Below are positions 26,661-40,951 of a stretch of 64,000 nt of DNA, one piece after another. A model generated the notes under the pieces. The model made no database searches. It had not been told where the DNA came from and worked only from the letters and a program-made list of their open reading frames with translations. Numbering within the stretch: position 1 is the first letter of the stretch; every line of letters begins with the position of its first letter. The DNA is from Eledone cirrhosa (taxonomy: Eukaryota), in assembly GCA_964016885.1 (NCBI GenBank), contig OZ024740.1, positions 98,518,001 through 98,582,000 on the forward strand, read 5' to 3'. A program made the translations under genes and the position numbers.

Positions 26661-27179
26661 TTAACCAAGCATGTATTTCAAGAATTTCAGCTGCTTCTGT
26701 TCTTTTGAACATAGACATTAAGTGCTTTAAATAACATTAATTTAACTTATTCAAACAATTTAAGAGTTTTCTTAGCTGGCAACTATATAGAAGTATTAAC
26801 AATTAAGCCAACAAAAAGAAATAAATGCACTTACATATAAAGAATTAAAACAACAACAAAACATCAATTAAACATAAGAATCTTTTGCTATATTTGACAA
26901 GACATTTAATGAGTAGAGATGTGCTAACCAAATGATATTACGATGCCTATGTTTTGTTTATAAACCTAACACTTGATCTAAATGCAATAGAAAGGTCTTC
27001 TTAGATTTCTGTTCGAGTAACAGGCTATCTATTACGAACATCTTCTTCCTGCACAAACATATACAAAATGTACATGGTATAAAGAAAATTAGGAACAGAT
27101 ATCAGTAACTGATACCTTTATTGTCAGTGATCTCTTCAATTCTGTGTTGGATATCCATGCTAGATGCATTCAAATATGG

Positions 27180-27880
27180 CAAGGCCTGTGGGGCGGAGGA
27201 AATTTGGTCTCAAATGTTAAAAGCATATGATTGCTTTCCACAGGACTTGTGGAAAGTTCTGCATGAGTATATGATCAACAGATAGCATCTTGTTACATTG
27301 AAGTCCCTATATGGAAGTATTAGTATTTATTTTTCAGATAAAGTCAAAATCATTCAATGTATGTTGGAATCTGTCAAGGGTGCATATTGTCACCTTTCTT
27401 ATTCCTAATTGGCACATGCAGCCTTATTAGAAGGGGTATCAAAACCAATAGGTGTAGAATCAGTCAGATGATATTTGCAAATGACATGGTGCTAATTAAC
27501 TCATTAGAACATGATCTCCAACATGCACTTGATGGGCTTGCTGCTGAGTGCTGCATGGCATATATGAGACAGAGACATTTGTCCTCTGAAGGAAATCAGA
27601 GCAGGGTGCTCTGCAGGTGAATGAAGTTACACTGAATTTGATGTAAAAGTTAAAGGACCTCAGGTCCATTTTCATGAGTGATGGAAATCATGAGGCTGAA
27701 TTGAATGCAATAATTAAATGCAACAAAAAAAGACCAGCTTCAGCACTCAGTAATCAGAAGAAAGGAGTAAAATGTAGAAGCCAAACTTCCAACCTTTGAT
27801 TAGTGGCCATGCCTCCTACATATGGTCATAAATATTGGGTAATGAACAAAGAAATATAACCCTGAATGCAGGTGGTCAAA
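27180..27880 (+). mobile_element. Old RTE-like RT remnant
   Basis: KAYD, VGICQGCILSPFLF, IFANDMVL..DLQHALD (ORF 27357-27620). Confidence 0.7.
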
Positions 27881-28484
27881 ACCTAGATATGAAAGGTAAA
27901 TTTGAATTTGGCATAATTCAAATGATTACAGAGAGTTGGAAAAAATTATTCTAGAGCATTCTATCTACCAGTTTAACAACTGTCCTATTGCTTAAGTTTG
28001 GCATTTCTCTTAGTTTCACAGTTTGTAAAGTGTTAAGTGAATGAATGTTTGTAAGGAAGGATTTTAAATATAAACAATGCTGAATGTTGGAATTTGTGGA
28101 AAATAATTCAATTTTAACAACAAACTTTTTGCAGATAAGAAATTGCACAATTTATGTAAGTTAAAAACTAAGATTTAACCACTCAAAATAGGCTCAAGAC
28201 ATGTTAAGTATTATAAATGCTTCTGATAACCGCTGCTCATTACCACAAATATGTTCTAGTTTTATTCTAAAAATTTCTCATCATTGGAAACAATTTTCAA
28301 CCCCAGAAACAATGCTCTTTCTTTGATATTTACACAGTATCAATTAAATGTTTGGATGCATATGTATGTATGTATGCATGTATGTATGTGTGTATGTATG
28401 TGCGTATGCATGTATGTTTATGTTAGGTCACGCTTTAATGCATAAATTTATCTATATATATATATATATATGTATATCTATCTA

Positions 28485-28520
<36 letters not shown>

Positions 28521-28521
<1 letters not shown>

Positions 28522-29312
28522 CATCATCATCATCATCATTATCCTCATCAACGTTTAATGTCTATCTTCCACGCCAGCATGGGTTTAGACGGGAATTGTC
28601 CCACTTGAGGCAAGATTGGTCGTCTCGCTTTTAAAGGACTGTCGGGCAGGTTTTCTACAGCTGGATGCCCTTCCTAACACCAACCACGTTTACAGTGTGG
28701 ACAGGGAACTTTTTACTGTGTTACCTACACGGCCATATTACAGCGTGGACTGTGTGTTTTTTTTTTGTTGTGATACCTACACAACCTCATTTATTTAGGA
28801 CTGGAAGTTGTGGTACCAACATAAGATTATAGAGAAAAGGGTGGTGTTGATAGGGGTGGGGGTGAGGGAGTTGGGTTAGTCTGATGGGAGTGTATATTTG
28901 ATTAAGAGGTGCCTACTGACTGTAGGTTTCACTTTGTACTTAGGCAAGGCGGTTCTTCTGTATTACTGCGTAGCGCCAAAGATCTCGGTCCAGTGACATT
29001 GTCTTAGAGAGGTGTGTGTAAGGTCGGAATTTATCAAATCGTCCCAGGTTTTTCTGGGTCTACCTACTCCGTAACTTCCATCAATTTTGATCGCCCTGCA
29101 CTTTTTTATACAGCTGTCGTCTTTCATGCGCATCACGTGACCATACGAACGTAGTCTTCCCTAGAGTAAACAGCATCTGATGCCTCTTATACCTAATTTC
29201 TCACTTAGTTCATTTATGCTTTGCTGTTCATGTATATTACTATTACACATCCAGCGGAGCATGTATGCTTTGTTCCTCTGCAGACAATGCCCATGTCTCA
29301 CTGCCATGTAAC

Positions 29313-29315
<3 letters not shown>
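28521..29315 (-). mobile_element. RTE LINE 3' fragment
   Basis: Same thumb-region and 3'UTR sequence as 2094-3885; (CAT)n tail; flanked by (TA)n. Confidence 0.9.
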
Positions 29316-29355
<40 letters not shown>

Positions 29356-31443
29356 TCATCATTATCATCATTTTACGTCCGCTTATCCCTGCTCGCATAT
29401 ATATATACATATATGTCTGTATGTATGAATGTCAAGTCACTTTTCAGTGCTACTGGTAACATGTGCCCCAGTACAACTTGTGCATGGTAGGGTTGTCGGT
29501 GACTAAACCGGCAACACCGACATGATTGCTTGTTGAGGAGAGTGATTTAAGACCGCATGCAGGATGAAAAAAAAACTTGTCAAAGAGAGGAGGAACTGAG
29601 GAGAGTATTTTTTGGTGGGAGTGAGAGATTCCTAGTCTTCATTAAGACATCTCTTTAGGACAAAGTCACTCTGATATAAAACCTGTAGACCAGTTCTTTT
29701 TGGGCAAATGCATTCACTGTTCAGAGTGTAGGATTGGCCCCATGCAAAGCCTTACCTCAAAAAAGCTTCAAGCACAGGCATCACTTTATTTGTGATATTG
29801 TTTGTGAGGCATGTTATTGCTAGCCATAGTTAAGTCCCTAGCAGAACTAAAAAGACATTTGTGATGCTCATGCTTAAGTAACAAGCAATGGCATTAATTC
29901 AAATCAAGTTGCGGCTATTATGTATGTATGTGTGATGTATGTATGTATTTATTTGTTTATGTGTGTATGTGTTTGTACTTTGGTCTTGCCACATTAATGT
30001 ATGCCTTAATTTTGAGAGCCTATAATGTGGGAACATTTCATGTTTAGAGAGGAGGTGGACAGGATGTATTCAGGGATCACACTCGATTGTGAATTAACTG
30101 CACTTGTATGTATATCCATGCAAGCATGCCAATAATGCACTTTTGCATTTGTATGTTTTGACTTATGTACATAACTCGATCAATCCATGTGCCTCTTTCA
30201 CTTTCTATTATCACTTGTTATTAGCTATTCGGACCTTTATGGACATTTAAACATGGATGATGATAATGATGTGTATATATATATATCCTAACGTTTCAGA
30301 AGTTCAGCCTGTAGTATGTATGTATTGACAGAAAAGCATTCTATGTTTATACATTATGATATGAACATACTACGGTTAAACTACTAAAATGCTTTACATA
30401 CCTTTCATGGTTCTATTAATGGATTAGGTAGCGAATTAGCAGAGTTGTTAGACACTCAGATTAAATTCTTGTCAACACTTGTTCCTGCTCTCTCTGGTAG
30501 GAGTTTAATTCTTGCCATGAATAACTTTGTTTTTTGTCCATATCGATAAATAAATAACAGTCCAGCTGTGGAAATGTTTCAGTGTCCAATATAATGCTAT
30601 CTCTTACAGCACTTTGTGTTCTAAGTTTACTTGCAACGTTTCTGAAGCCAAGCTGTGTTTCTTTTTGCCTTTCCCAGGATCAATATTGGTGGCAGGATGA
30701 GGGGAGACTTTCATGCTTGGGTGACTGCTGCTCTTCTACAAAAGAGTCTTACTTGGCCCTGCACAGTGGAAAGGAATCATCCAGGTCTAGATCATCTCAT
30801 GAATAAAGAAGGCCCGTTTTATTGATAGATTCTAATTGAAAGTTACTTATTAGCTGTGTCATTTCTAGTTTTGTGAAGCCCAACTTCTCATGATTATTGC
30901 TGAGGAAGTTAGTTACATATTTAAGTACACTAATAATCATTGATCTAAATCAACATACTTTTTATTAGTTCTCCATAATAAAGTATGTAAGCATGTTTGT
31001 ATATAGATATCAGTGTATTTACATATGTTTTGTATCTATGTACGTGTAGGGACATATTAATACAAATATTTGGTTTGATGTCCGAGCATGCAGCTAACAC
31101 CCCAGAAAATGAGATTTAAAATCCTTGTTAAGGTATAAAATCCTTGTTAAGGTATAAAGCCAATGATATTGACCATTGTTCAAAGAGTGAGACTGGTCTT
31201 TCTTCACTTAAAAAAACTTTAAGCATAGCCATCACTTGATTGAACCAACCTTCACATGTGTTTCATGAGCATGGCTGGCTTTAGACGACAAAGGATGCTT
31301 TTTTCTGCTGCAACATATGCAGAAAGGAATGCAAGATCTTGTCAAAACAAAAAAGTCATGTTCATTCCACTTATGTGGGAAAAAGGATCAAGTGATGACA
31401 AATCTCGAAATAAATATACAGCCAACATATATATGTATGGTTG

Positions 31444-31473
<30 letters not shown>

Positions 31474-31476
<3 letters not shown>

Positions 31477-33081
31477 TCATCATCATCATCAACGTTTAAC
31501 GTCCGTGTTCCACGCTTGCATGGGTTTGGACGGGGGTTATCTTGCTCGCATAGGACTGTCTGGCGGGTTTTCTACAGCTGGATGCCCTTCCTAACACCAA
31601 CCACATTTACAGTGTGGGGCTGGGAGGTTTTTATCGTGTTGCCTACACGGCCACATTACAGCGTGGACTGTCTGGCGGGTTTTCTACAGCTGGATGCCCT
31701 TCCTAACAGCAACCACATTTACAGTGTAGGGCTGGGAGGTTTTTACCATGTTGCCTACACGGCCACATTACAGCGTGGACTGTCTGGCGGGTTTTCTACA
31801 GCTGGATGCCCTTCCTAACACCAACCACATTTACAGTGTGGGGCTGGGAGGTTTTTACCGTGTAGCCAACACGGCCACATTACAGCGGGAACTGTGTGTT
31901 TTTTTGTCGTGACACCTACACGATCTCATTTGTTTCGGCCTGGATGTTGTGGCACGAAGATAACTTTACATTGAAAGGGGCGGTGTGGATGGGGTGGGTG
32001 TGGTGGGACGGGGGTGTATTTTGTTAGAGATGCCTACTGACATTGTCTTGGTGAGGTGTAAGTGTGTGAGGTAGGAATTTATCAGCTCGTCCCAGGTTTT
32101 TCTGGGTCTGCCTATTCCATGGCTACCGTCTATCTTTATTGCCCTGCACTTTGTTATACAGCTATCGTCTTTCATGCGCATCACGTGACCATACCAACGT
32201 AGCCTTCTCTTGAGTAAACAACATCTGATCCCTCTTATTTCTAATTTTTTCCTTAGTTCGTTTATGCTTTGCCGTTCACGTATATTACTATTACACATCC
32301 AGCAGAGCATGCAAGCTTCGTTTCTCTCTAGTCTGCGTATATCCTCTGCACACAATGCCCAGGTCTCACTGCCATGCAGCATTGCTGTTCGTATGCAGGC
32401 ATCATACAACCTGCCTTTCATTTTTAGGGAGAACCCTTTAGCGGCTAATAGTGGTATAAGCTCTCTGAACTTTTTCCATCCAGTTCTCACTCTAGCTACT
32501 GTACTTTCAGAGCACCCTCCCCCACTGCTTATTTTGTCACCCAGGTAACGGAAGCTGTCCACTATTTCTATAGAACCCTCTGCGCAGTTGAAAGAGCTAG
32601 TATTTGTGGGCACTTGCTGCTACTTATTACACCAGAGCACCAGCCACATGTAAAATCTATGTTCTTAGTTAGCTTACCTGTGATCCCACTACATCTTTTA
32701 TGCACCCATACTTTGCATTTGGGACACAAAATGGAGTTTCTACCTACGCCTTTCCTACACACTGAGCATGGCCACTTCCCAGAAGGGCCCGCCACCTTAT
32801 TTTCTTTCTTACAAACTAGAACTTTAGTCTTAGCCAGGTTAATTTTAAGGCCTTTTGATTCTAGGCCGTGCTTCCATGTTTGGAATTTCTTCTCTAGCTC
32901 GGCCATTGATTCAGCTATGAGTGCTAGGTCATCTGCGTATAGGAGCTCCCATGGGCAGCCGGTCTTGAACTCCTCTGTTATAGCCTGAAGGGCAATAATA
33001 AATAGTAGGGGGCTGAGAACAGAGCCCTGATGGACGCCAAACTTTACGCTAAACTCTTCACTATATTCGTTGTTAATTCTA
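31474..33081 (-). mobile_element. 5'-truncated RTE LINE with a triplicated 112-bp 3'UTR unit
   Basis: ORF 31966-32613 and the RTE part of ORF 32568-33314 (YADD, PHD-like finger). Tandem units start at 31553, 31665 and 31777. Confidence 0.95.
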
Positions 33082-33084
33082 TAT

Positions 33085-33281
33085 ATAGGAAAATGTATGA
33101 CCCCGACAGCAGAGCTCAAGCCATTTTGACGGCTATTTCTGTAGTCCAGAAATAGCTGTCGCAATGGCTTGAACTCTGCCGTCAGGGTCATACATTTTCC
33201 TATTACCCACTCTATTACCCTTAGTATTGAGTACTCTGGTGCGTTATGGTCCATCTGGTTCCTTACCACAACTCCTTCATT
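33085..33281 (-). mobile_element. Unclassified (TA)n-embedded element, copy A: 57-bp-arm hairpin plus 78-bp head
   Basis: Arms 33085-33141 and 33147-33203 (6 mismatches). Head 33204-33281 is homologous to 35237-35314 and 42449-42526. Confidence 0.8.
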
Positions 33282-33545
33282 ATATATATATACACTATAT
33301 TCTCTGAAATGCATTGTGAACTAGCATATACCTTCTTAGGCAATTTGAGTTTACTGAAGAAAATAGATTTATAATAACTAAAGAAAGAGCCCTCAATATG
33401 TAATCTGAGAAGTAAATATACTATATTGTATGAAATAGATGGCAAACTGCCATTTATCTTCTTTGGTACCCGAAGTTCCCCAAGAAGGTATTCACAAGTT
33501 TTCCATGTATTTCATATAATATAGTATATTTACCTCTATTATTAC

Positions 33546-33725
33546 TTGGCAGTATCGGTAGAGGGTCGGATGCCATGCTTTCCAGCATAGTTATGTCCCT
33601 TTATGATCTGAGTTCAAATCCCGCCGAGGTTGACTTTGCCTTTCATCCTTACGGGGTCGATAAAATAAAGTACCAGTAATGTACTGATAATTGCTGGCCT
33701 TGTGCCTAAAGTAGAAACAATTATT
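33546..33725 (+). mobile_element. SINE family A
   Basis: Near full-length copy. Confidence 0.85.
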
Positions 33726-34242
33726 ACTTACTAAGGGCTCTTTCTTTAGTGATTACAATCATGTCCTCTCTTTGTTAATTTTCTTAATTTCATCATTATT
33801 AATCTGTAACTTCAAAGGCTTACATTTTTAACATATCTTATTTTTTCTTCTTGCATAGTTTTTCTTTCTTTCTTTTTTCTTCCTTTTTTCCCCTTTGTTT
33901 CATTCATGAGACTTTCGTGCCTTAAAAATATCACACTTTCTCCCTGACATCACTTAAAATTCTATGTGTACTTGTAATAGCTTAATTCTATAAATTATTG
34001 TTTTGTCTTGTCTCTTATTCCACTGGACAGCACCACATTGGCTTGCGTCAGACACGTGGAACCGAATGGACTAGCAGTACCATTGGTAGGGGTCAAAACT
34101 TCCAAAGTTCACTCCAATGGCCGATGAATGTGCATTTCGTTTGTATTTTTATTCTTTGTAAATGATTTCCTCTTTGAAAAAGTGTTTTTCTTTTTTCCTT
34201 GTTTTCGTTCATTGTCTTGTCCTCTCTTTGTTACATTTCTTA

Positions 34243-34280
<38 letters not shown>

Positions 34281-34282
<2 letters not shown>

Positions 34283-34940
34283 TAGAGAAACGAAGCCTGC
34301 ATGCTCCGATGGATGTGTAACAGTAATATACGTGAACGACAAAGCATAAATGAATTGAGAGAGAGACTGAGCATAAGAGGAATCAAATGCTGTGTGCAGG
34401 AGAGGCGGTTGCGCTGGTATGGACATGTGATGCGTATGAAGGATGACAGCTGCATAAAAAGGTGCAGAGCACTAGAAGTTGATGGAAACCGCGGAGTGGG
34501 GAGACCCAAGATGACCTGGGATGAGGTGATAAAAGCCGACCATACCCAATTTCACCTCTCAAAGACAATGACACACAACCGTGACTTCTGGCGTCACGCA
34601 GTAATACAGAGTACCCAACCTCCCATGGGTACAAGCTGAAGCATATAGACAATATGCCCCCACACCCCCCACCGCAAGGTGGTCGTGGAGGTGCCACGGC
34701 AAAAAAGCACCCAGCCCACACTGTAAAGTGGACGTGTAGGCGCCACGAAAAAGCACCCAGCACTCACTGTAAATGAGGTTGGTGTTAGGAAGGGCATCCA
34801 GCTGTAGAAATCAAGCCAGATGAGTTCCTGTATGAGCAAGGCATGGTCAGCTGACCAGACACTGCCCACAACAGGACAACCCGTCTAACCCATGCTATCG
34901 TGGAAGAACGGATGTAAAACGGTGATGATGATGATGATGA

Positions 34941-34943
<3 letters not shown>
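34281..34943 (+). mobile_element. RTE LINE 3' fragment (second subfamily 3'UTR)
   Basis: ORF 34301-34639 MLRWMC..RRLRWYGHVMRM..GRPKMTW; (TGA)n tail. Confidence 0.9.
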
Positions 34944-35036
<93 letters not shown>

Positions 35037-35236
35037 AGAATGAAGAGTAACATCGTTGGCTGTACAATAACTGGATTACCTATAACGATAACTTGTTACC
35101 CCATATATATATATATTTATATATATATATATATAAATGTATGTATGTATGTATAAATGAATGCATATATGTATAGATGTATGTATGTATGTATATATAA
35201 GTAAAAATATAAATAAATATATATATATATATATAT

Positions 35237-35403
35237 AACGAAGGAAGTGGGGTAAGGAACTAGATGGACCATAACGCACCAGAGTACTCAGTACTTAGGG
35301 TAGTAGAGTGGGTAATAGGTAAATGTTTAACCCCGATGGCTATTTCCAGAAATAGCCGTCAAAACGGCTTGAGCTCAGCCATCGGGGTTCAACATTTACA
35401 TAT
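35237..35403 (+). mobile_element. Unclassified (TA)n-embedded element, copy B
   Basis: 78-bp head, then ATAGGTAAATGTTTAACCCCGATGGC..GCCATCGGGGTTCAACATTTACATAT. The left arm has a deletion at a GGCT microhomology. Confidence 0.8.
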
Positions 35404-35404
35404 A

Positions 35405-36257
35405 TCATCATCTTCGTTTAACGTCCATCTTCCAAGCTAGCATGGGTTAGACGGGAGTTGTCCCACTTGAGGCAAGGTTGGTTGGGTGACCGTGTCTCGC
35501 TCATATAGGACTATCTGGCAGGTTTTCTATGGCTGGATGCCCTTCCTAACACCAACCACATTTACAGTGTGGAACTGGGACTTTTTATCGTGAAACCTAC
35601 ACGGCCATATTACAGCGTGGAGTGATGTTTTTTTTTGTCGTGACACCTACACGATCTCGATCTCGATCTCATTATCTCATTTATTTAGACTGGATGATGT
35701 GGTACCAACTTTACAGAGAGAGGGTGGTGTTAGTGGGAGTGGGAGGATAGGGTATGGATAGCGGATTGGGGTGTATATTTGGTTAAGAGGTGCCTACTGA
35801 CTGTAAGTTTTACTTTGTACTTCGGCAAAGCCGGTCTTTTGTATTACTGCGTAGTGCCAAAGATCTTGGTCCAGTGACATTGTCTTAGAGAGCTGTAAGT
35901 GTGTAAGGTCAGAATTTATCAAATCATCCCAGGTTTCTCTGGGTCTACCTACTCCGTAACTACCATAAATTTTGATCGCCCTGCACTTTTTTATACAACT
36001 GTCGTCTTTCATGCGCATCACGTGACCATACAGACGTAGTCTTTTCTCAAGTAAACAGCATCTGATCCCTCTTATTCCTAATTTCTCACTTAGTTCATTT
36101 ATGCTTTGCTGTACACGTATATCACTATTACACATCCAACCGAGCTTTGTTCCTTTCCAGTCTGCGCAGGTCGTCTGCATGCAACGCCCTTGTCTCACTG
36201 TCATGTAGCATTGCTGTTCGTATACAGGCATCATACAATCTGCCTTTCATTTTTAGA
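35405..36257 (-). mobile_element. RTE LINE 3' fragment
   Basis: ORF 35794-36234 (LGIRGIRCC..GHVMRM..GRPRETW) plus 3'UTR. Confidence 0.9.
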
Positions 36258-36273
36258 ATATGTATATAATGAA

Positions 36274-36596
36274 GGTGCATGGCTTAGTGGTTAGAGCATT
36301 GGGCTTGAAATCGAAAGGTTGTGAGTTCAATTCTGAGACCGAGTGATGTGTTGTTTCCTTGAGCAAGACACTTTATTTCACATTGAGCCAGTTTACTCAG
36401 CTGTAGAAATGAGATAAAAGGACTGGGGTCCCTATCATTCCACTGCAAAGTGGTCGTGTAGGCAAAAAAGCACCCAACACTCACTGTAAATGAGGTTGGT
36501 GTTAGGAAGGGCATCCAGCTGTAGAAATCAAGCCAGAATCAGTTCCCGTCCCACCCTTGGAAGCAGGGAAAAGCGGACGTAAAATGATGATGATGA
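36274..36596 (+). mobile_element. tRNA-derived SINE family B with an RTE-derived 3' tail
   Basis: A-box TGGCTTAGTGG, B-box GAGTTCAATTC, central CCTTGAGCAAGACACTTTATTTCACATTG, and a tail GGAAGGGCATCCAGCTGTAGAAA..(TGA)n shared with the RTE 3'UTR. Confidence 0.85.
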
Positions 36597-38224
36597 TATA
36601 TATATTGTTTGATTTATGTTGTATGTATGTTGCAAATGACTTATATATGGTTGTAGATATGTCTGTATGATTATGAAGCTTGCTCTAAAAGCATTACGTT
36701 TTAGGTTGGATGTCAATATTTTACCCCTTGAGCAAGGATTGAGCATAGTTGAATTGATGAATCCTTTGTGCAAGGAAATCGAGGAATGAAAACTGTAGAC
36801 ATTGACTTTGTCTGTCTCTTACTAATAGCAACAACATTATGATAAACCTCAAATAAGAAAGCATGTATTTCACACACTTCTGCTTATAAGCAAATGTAGG
36901 ACACACTGGTTAATGAAATCTTAAATGCACTGTTTAAATAGAGGATTGGATGATCATGGCTGGAACTTCCTTAATAATAAATTTGTTTGATTATTGCAAA
37001 CCTAATACTAAATAACATAACATCATCATAAGTCCTCATTATCTTCCACATCAATGATATCATCATCATCACCACCTTAAACATCGTTGTAACTCATCAT
37101 CATCATCATCATCATCATCTTCCCATTTACTTTATTGCCAGAAAAACAACATACATCTTAACCAAGACCTATTTAAATCACCAAAACATGTCAGGTGAAA
37201 CTAGAGCATATACATAAACAACAACAACAGAAATCACCTGCAGGAAGCTGAAAAACTGAAGACTTAAATATAAAAAAATCATACACACAAACGCATACAT
37301 AAATACATACATACTTACATACATACATACATGCTTACATACATACTTACATACATACATACAATCATACATGCATATATACATACATACATACATCATA
37401 TATACATACATACACAGGCATACATACATACATACGTCCGTACCTAAAAACTAGATGAGCAGTATTTGGTTGAAGTGTCTCCTTGAAATGTTTACTGTGT
37501 TGTTGATGGCAGAATGTTCAATTACTAAACTCAACTATATTGCAGAATTACTAAAAGCGATAAAAAAAAGTCAGTTCTAGAATCAGACATACAATGGAAA
37601 ACAATAAGAAAATCAATATTTAAAATCAGATTTAGTTCTTGATGAAGAAATATCCTATCAGTGTTGATAGAAGTTTTCTATTATAGACAGACTGACAGAC
37701 AGATATACAAGCTTTTACTGTTACTGTTATATAATTTTGACCCTTTGATTGCTGAGGTCATCAACATTTTGGCATTCATTATGGTATAAGAAAGAACGTG
37801 TTTTGATAAATTTATTTCTGATTTCTATTATCTGGTTTCTGATTTCAAATCTCAATGTATCCAACTTTGCTTACATCTTTTCAGGGTTGATAAATATAGT
37901 ACCCTTCCAGGAGCAGTAGATTGGTTGAAATGGTTAAAAGCATTGCACAGTGTGCACTGGGGAATCTGTTTAGGCTCTGTACATTCTGAGATCAAATACT
38001 ACTGTCACAAGAAAACCAGTAACATTTCTACTAGTTAGTATCAATAATGGAAAGTCTGATGGAAATCTAGTTTTCTAGTGCAGCCTGTACATTAACATTG
38101 ATCTGAACAGTATTGAGTGCATTGCAATATACATTCATAGTATCATATTATCTCTTGGTTCAGAATCATTTTTTCACTCAAAATCCCTATTATTACCATA
38201 ATTATTGTCCTATTCACTCACCTC

Positions 38225-38600
38225 CTTAGAATCTAATAGTCTGTATTACCTCAATATGATGGGAAGAGACCAGACGGCCTTACCTTTTGTCCCTGGATAA
38301 GAAGCAAGTGTCTCATCTGGGACACCACAATCACAGACTGTTTGCTCCCCCCCATCCCCATATATTGGATGCCATGGTAAATGTGAGGGTCATTGTTTCC
38401 ATTACCAAATGGAATAAAATCCAAAAAATACAGGGGTCTATCTAACAATTATTATTTGGAGCCTGTGGCATTTGATATGTGTGAAATTCTTGTCATCGCT
38501 GGTGGCTCAACTTACTAAGGTGTCAGGTGGTGCCCGTGAGGATAGCTAGTTGTTTCAGAGCCTTAGTCTTACCATCACTCAGGGTAATACTGCAAGCATA
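38225..38600 (+). mobile_element. CRE-clade-like non-LTR retrotransposon remnant (restriction-like endonuclease domain)
   Basis: [27 protein letters not shown] followed by FQSLSLTITQGNTASI (RPDG..PW..L.WD.T and QRGNA motifs). Confidence 0.7.
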
Positions 38601-40864
38601 GTAGCTTGCCTCAAAATATTCCATTTATCCTTTTGATGTGCAGCCGATTGTCACACTTTGTGGTGAATTAATAGTCCCCCCCCCCCTTCCTTTTATTTCA
38701 TTCTCTGGCTCTGGTCATATATTTTGGTGTGTTGTAATTGTGAGGTTCCTAGCAATAGTTAATTGTATTTGTTTTATATGTTTATATTTTCATTCTAAAT
38801 GAATTATGAGCCATTTTAATGATATTTATGTATATCTAAAATAGAAAGATATGTCTATATACAGGTTGTTACCTGATTAGCTAGTAACTTTCTCTGGGAC
38901 AATTTTGGTGATTTAGATCTACAAAAATAAGAAAATATATAAGTTATAGGAACAATGCATCTGGTAGGCGAAGAGTTTTGTGGTTTACTAGATTTGCTTG
39001 TAAACTAAGACACCTGGTGGCTGATTGACTACCCACTTATATTCTGGGTATTACATCATAGCTGATAATTAGGCTAAAATTCCAAATGGTTAAATGTGTG
39101 ACATGCCAAAAGCTAAAAAATAAAAATAATAATAATAATAATAATAAATAAAAATCAGAAGATGTCATCAAATAATTGTAGGATTCCAAAGTTGACAGTG
39201 TGGTGGTTGAAACATTTGATATCATTGAACAACATTTTGAATTGAGATTCATCACACAATATTGGGTTTCAAAATTTGATACTCTGTCTCAATATTTGAC
39301 TTCTTGATTTTGTGTATCAATAATTAATAATTCTTTCTTTAATAACTGTATCAATAATTAATAATTAAATTTCAATATTTGATATTAATATTGTAAAAAC
39401 AATATCATGGAAGATTCATTTCTGTTATTCCAAAAAAACACACAAAATCTGTTAAATTCACTTTTCATTTAACATTTATTTCCAAGTGTCTGAAATTTTC
39501 ATTGTGCTGTTTGCAGCCTGATCACTGACATAATTCTAGTGCAACTCATTATAATGCATTGGCACATTTTCTATGTTTTTTGAATGGCTAAAATTACTCT
39601 TCAACCATGGAAATGCCTAAGTTTCAACACAGTTTGAAATTAATTTGCCAAGCATGTACAGCTCTGACAATAAAGGACACTATTATTATATTGATATATT
39701 GTCTTCAACAGTATTAAATAGGAAATTGAAGACACTTGCTCAATGAACTCTGCAAGTATCCAAGTGGTTACTTGCAAGGAGAAATTTTAACTGTACAGCA
39801 ATAACTACATCGTTACCAGTGTACCATATATGACATAAATACAAGAAGAGAGTTTTATTTAATTGGTCCCATTAAGATGATATTTGTTATTTTGCAAAGG
39901 ATTTTTATATTGAATTATATTAAATGACTTTAATTCAAATAGGAATACTTTTAAATGGATGGTTTTGTTTCATAAAACCAGAAGTGGTTTTGGATAGAGA
40001 TGCCTTTTGTATGTCTCTGTTGGAAGAAAAAACAATGGGATAGTCCTCATATATTTCTGTTTAAAATGTTTTTATATGATATCAAGTATATAATGTATAT
40101 AATTAGGTTAAAATATCATTATATTCTAGTCACATAGCTTGTTAGAATTAACAGACAAACATCTCTCAAATATCTTTCTGTCATCTTAGAAAACAAAGAA
40201 CGCATCAAATAATATATTTCTAAATGCACTCAGGAAAGGGGGGAAGATGTAATGATTACAGCTGGAATGCCTTTGATTATAAGACTGACTACTCAATCAT
40301 GACTGACATATGATTAAACAAAAGCAACAACAGCAACAATAATTAGGCCAGATAAATGCCATTAGGAATTATATTCCTGACAGTGTAGTTTCATTTAGCA
40401 TTAAACCCTATATATAACATCCAGTGGTGGCTGGAATGGAGTGGTCAGGACAACAGAGGTTAAGGGCTAGTATAACATATAACAAACACAATTTCCCATT
40501 AAGGATTCCAGCATGTGACCACAATCCATGAATATTCTCAACAACTGCACACACATGTCACTATTCCACATTAGAATACTTTTACATTTGATGTAATGTT
40601 TCAACTTAAAGAATCAATAAAATGTTATTACATAAGCATGTAAGACTGTGAGCATGTAAGATTGTAAGCAAGCAGAGAATCTGACCTTTGCTTGTAAAGA
40701 GCCGAGCCTCAACTGATAAGTTCCATTAGAAACTTATGAGTGTAATCTTATGTTGTTTAATTTTTCTCCTTCTGCTTTACTCATTCAACTGGTACACACA
40801 ACCTATTCACAAACACACACTCACACATTCACACATAAAGACACATAAACATGGACATATATAT

Positions 40865-40951
<87 letters not shown>

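Noticed and set aside
31553-31890. CRISPR-like repeat array
   Set aside because: The units are full tandem duplications with no unique spacers, in a eukaryotic LINE 3'UTR.
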